DNA of 64,000 nt from NCBI GenBank assembly GCA_963803435.1, contig CAWDML010000009.1, positions 1,184,001 through 1,248,000 on the forward strand, read 5' to 3'. Every line of letters starts with the position of its first letter. Position 1 is the stretch's first letter. Made by a program: the position numbers and the translations under genes. This DNA is from an uncultured delta proteobacterium. GTDB lineage: Bacteria > Myxococcota > Kuafuiibacteriia > Kuafuiibacteriales > Kuafuiibacteriaceae. This document shows, in pieces, positions 63,586 through 64,000 of this stretch. The notes beneath the pieces are model-generated. The model worked only from the letters and a program-made list of their open reading frames with translations, made no database searches and was not told the origin of the DNA.

Positions 63586-64000
63586 CCACCGCAACCGGAG
63601 ATGATCCTGGTCGGCTTCCCGTAGACTCCGCCGCGGGAGATTGTGTTCGGCGTAGATGCGCGGAGCATGACCGGTGTGAGCTGCCCCCGCTCGAGGATGC
63701 CGGTCGCGACCAGCGTCCGGACGATGAGGCGCGTCGAGGCCGAGGGATGTTCTCGGCGGATGTCCAGGAGCAGCTCGACCTGGGCCGCGTTGAGACAGCG
63801 ACCGCGTCCCCGGTCCTTTCGCGGAGCCGGACGAAGCGCCTCGACGCCGCCCTTACGACAGTCGGAGAGCCAGCGCTCAAGCGTTGGCACCGAGTACGTA
63901 CGTGTCGCCTTCGCTCCAGGTGGGCGGAAGCGCTTCTTGCTGAGCGCCTCCAGCTCAGCCTTCAGCGGGCCGTGCTCGAGCTCGCAGCGCGCGATGCCTC
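63586..64000 (-). pseudogene. N-terminal fragment of a Mu-like DDE transposase, running off the window edge
   Basis: LSKKRFRPPG..TRTYSVPTLERW...GGVEALRP.PRKDRG, LLLDIRREHPSAS, frameshift, LRLRWQA, then truncated before the DDE core. Confidence 0.7.

Overview
High-GC (about 70% by eye) bacterial DNA with Myxococcota hallmarks: MYXO-CTERM tails, a CdnL/CarD gene, DUF507, an MshEN/GspE-N protein and an ECF/anti-sigma/caspase module. About 1-45 kb is mostly intact housekeeping and signalling DNA: rlmN, OmpA/MotB-like, PP2C-cNMP phosphatase, FHA-GGDEF cyclase, manC, TolC, cdnL, cysS, uvrB, uvrC, gltX, a PHP hydrolase, an S8 protease, a PpiC foldase, comEC, a nucleotide-transporter-like MFS, thiE and rsmI. 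Oddities in this part are gltX in one ORF with an intact imidazolonepropionase (HutI), CysRS with a zinc ribbon just before its KMSKS loop, RsmI fused to a Fis-like domain, an orphan prolyl-PCP to pyrrolyl-PCP cassette, and a phosphatase carrying the C-terminal domain of the Pseudoalteromonas alpha-amylase precursor. About 45.7-64 kb is a decaying accessory zone. It holds a nested structure: hexamer-repeat inverted arms around a four-helix-bundle gene, invaded by an IS1182 copy, which was in turn split by a complete 3446-bp four-gene TG...CA transposon with a 5-bp GAGGG target duplication. The zone also has many gene remnants and a PEP carboxylase with altered catalytic and allosteric residues. 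Several single-base frameshifts fall in or next to GATC and look like sequencing errors, so the fusion calls need read-level confirmation. No rRNA, tRNA or CRISPR array was seen. All family assignments are from motif recognition by eye; no searches were run.
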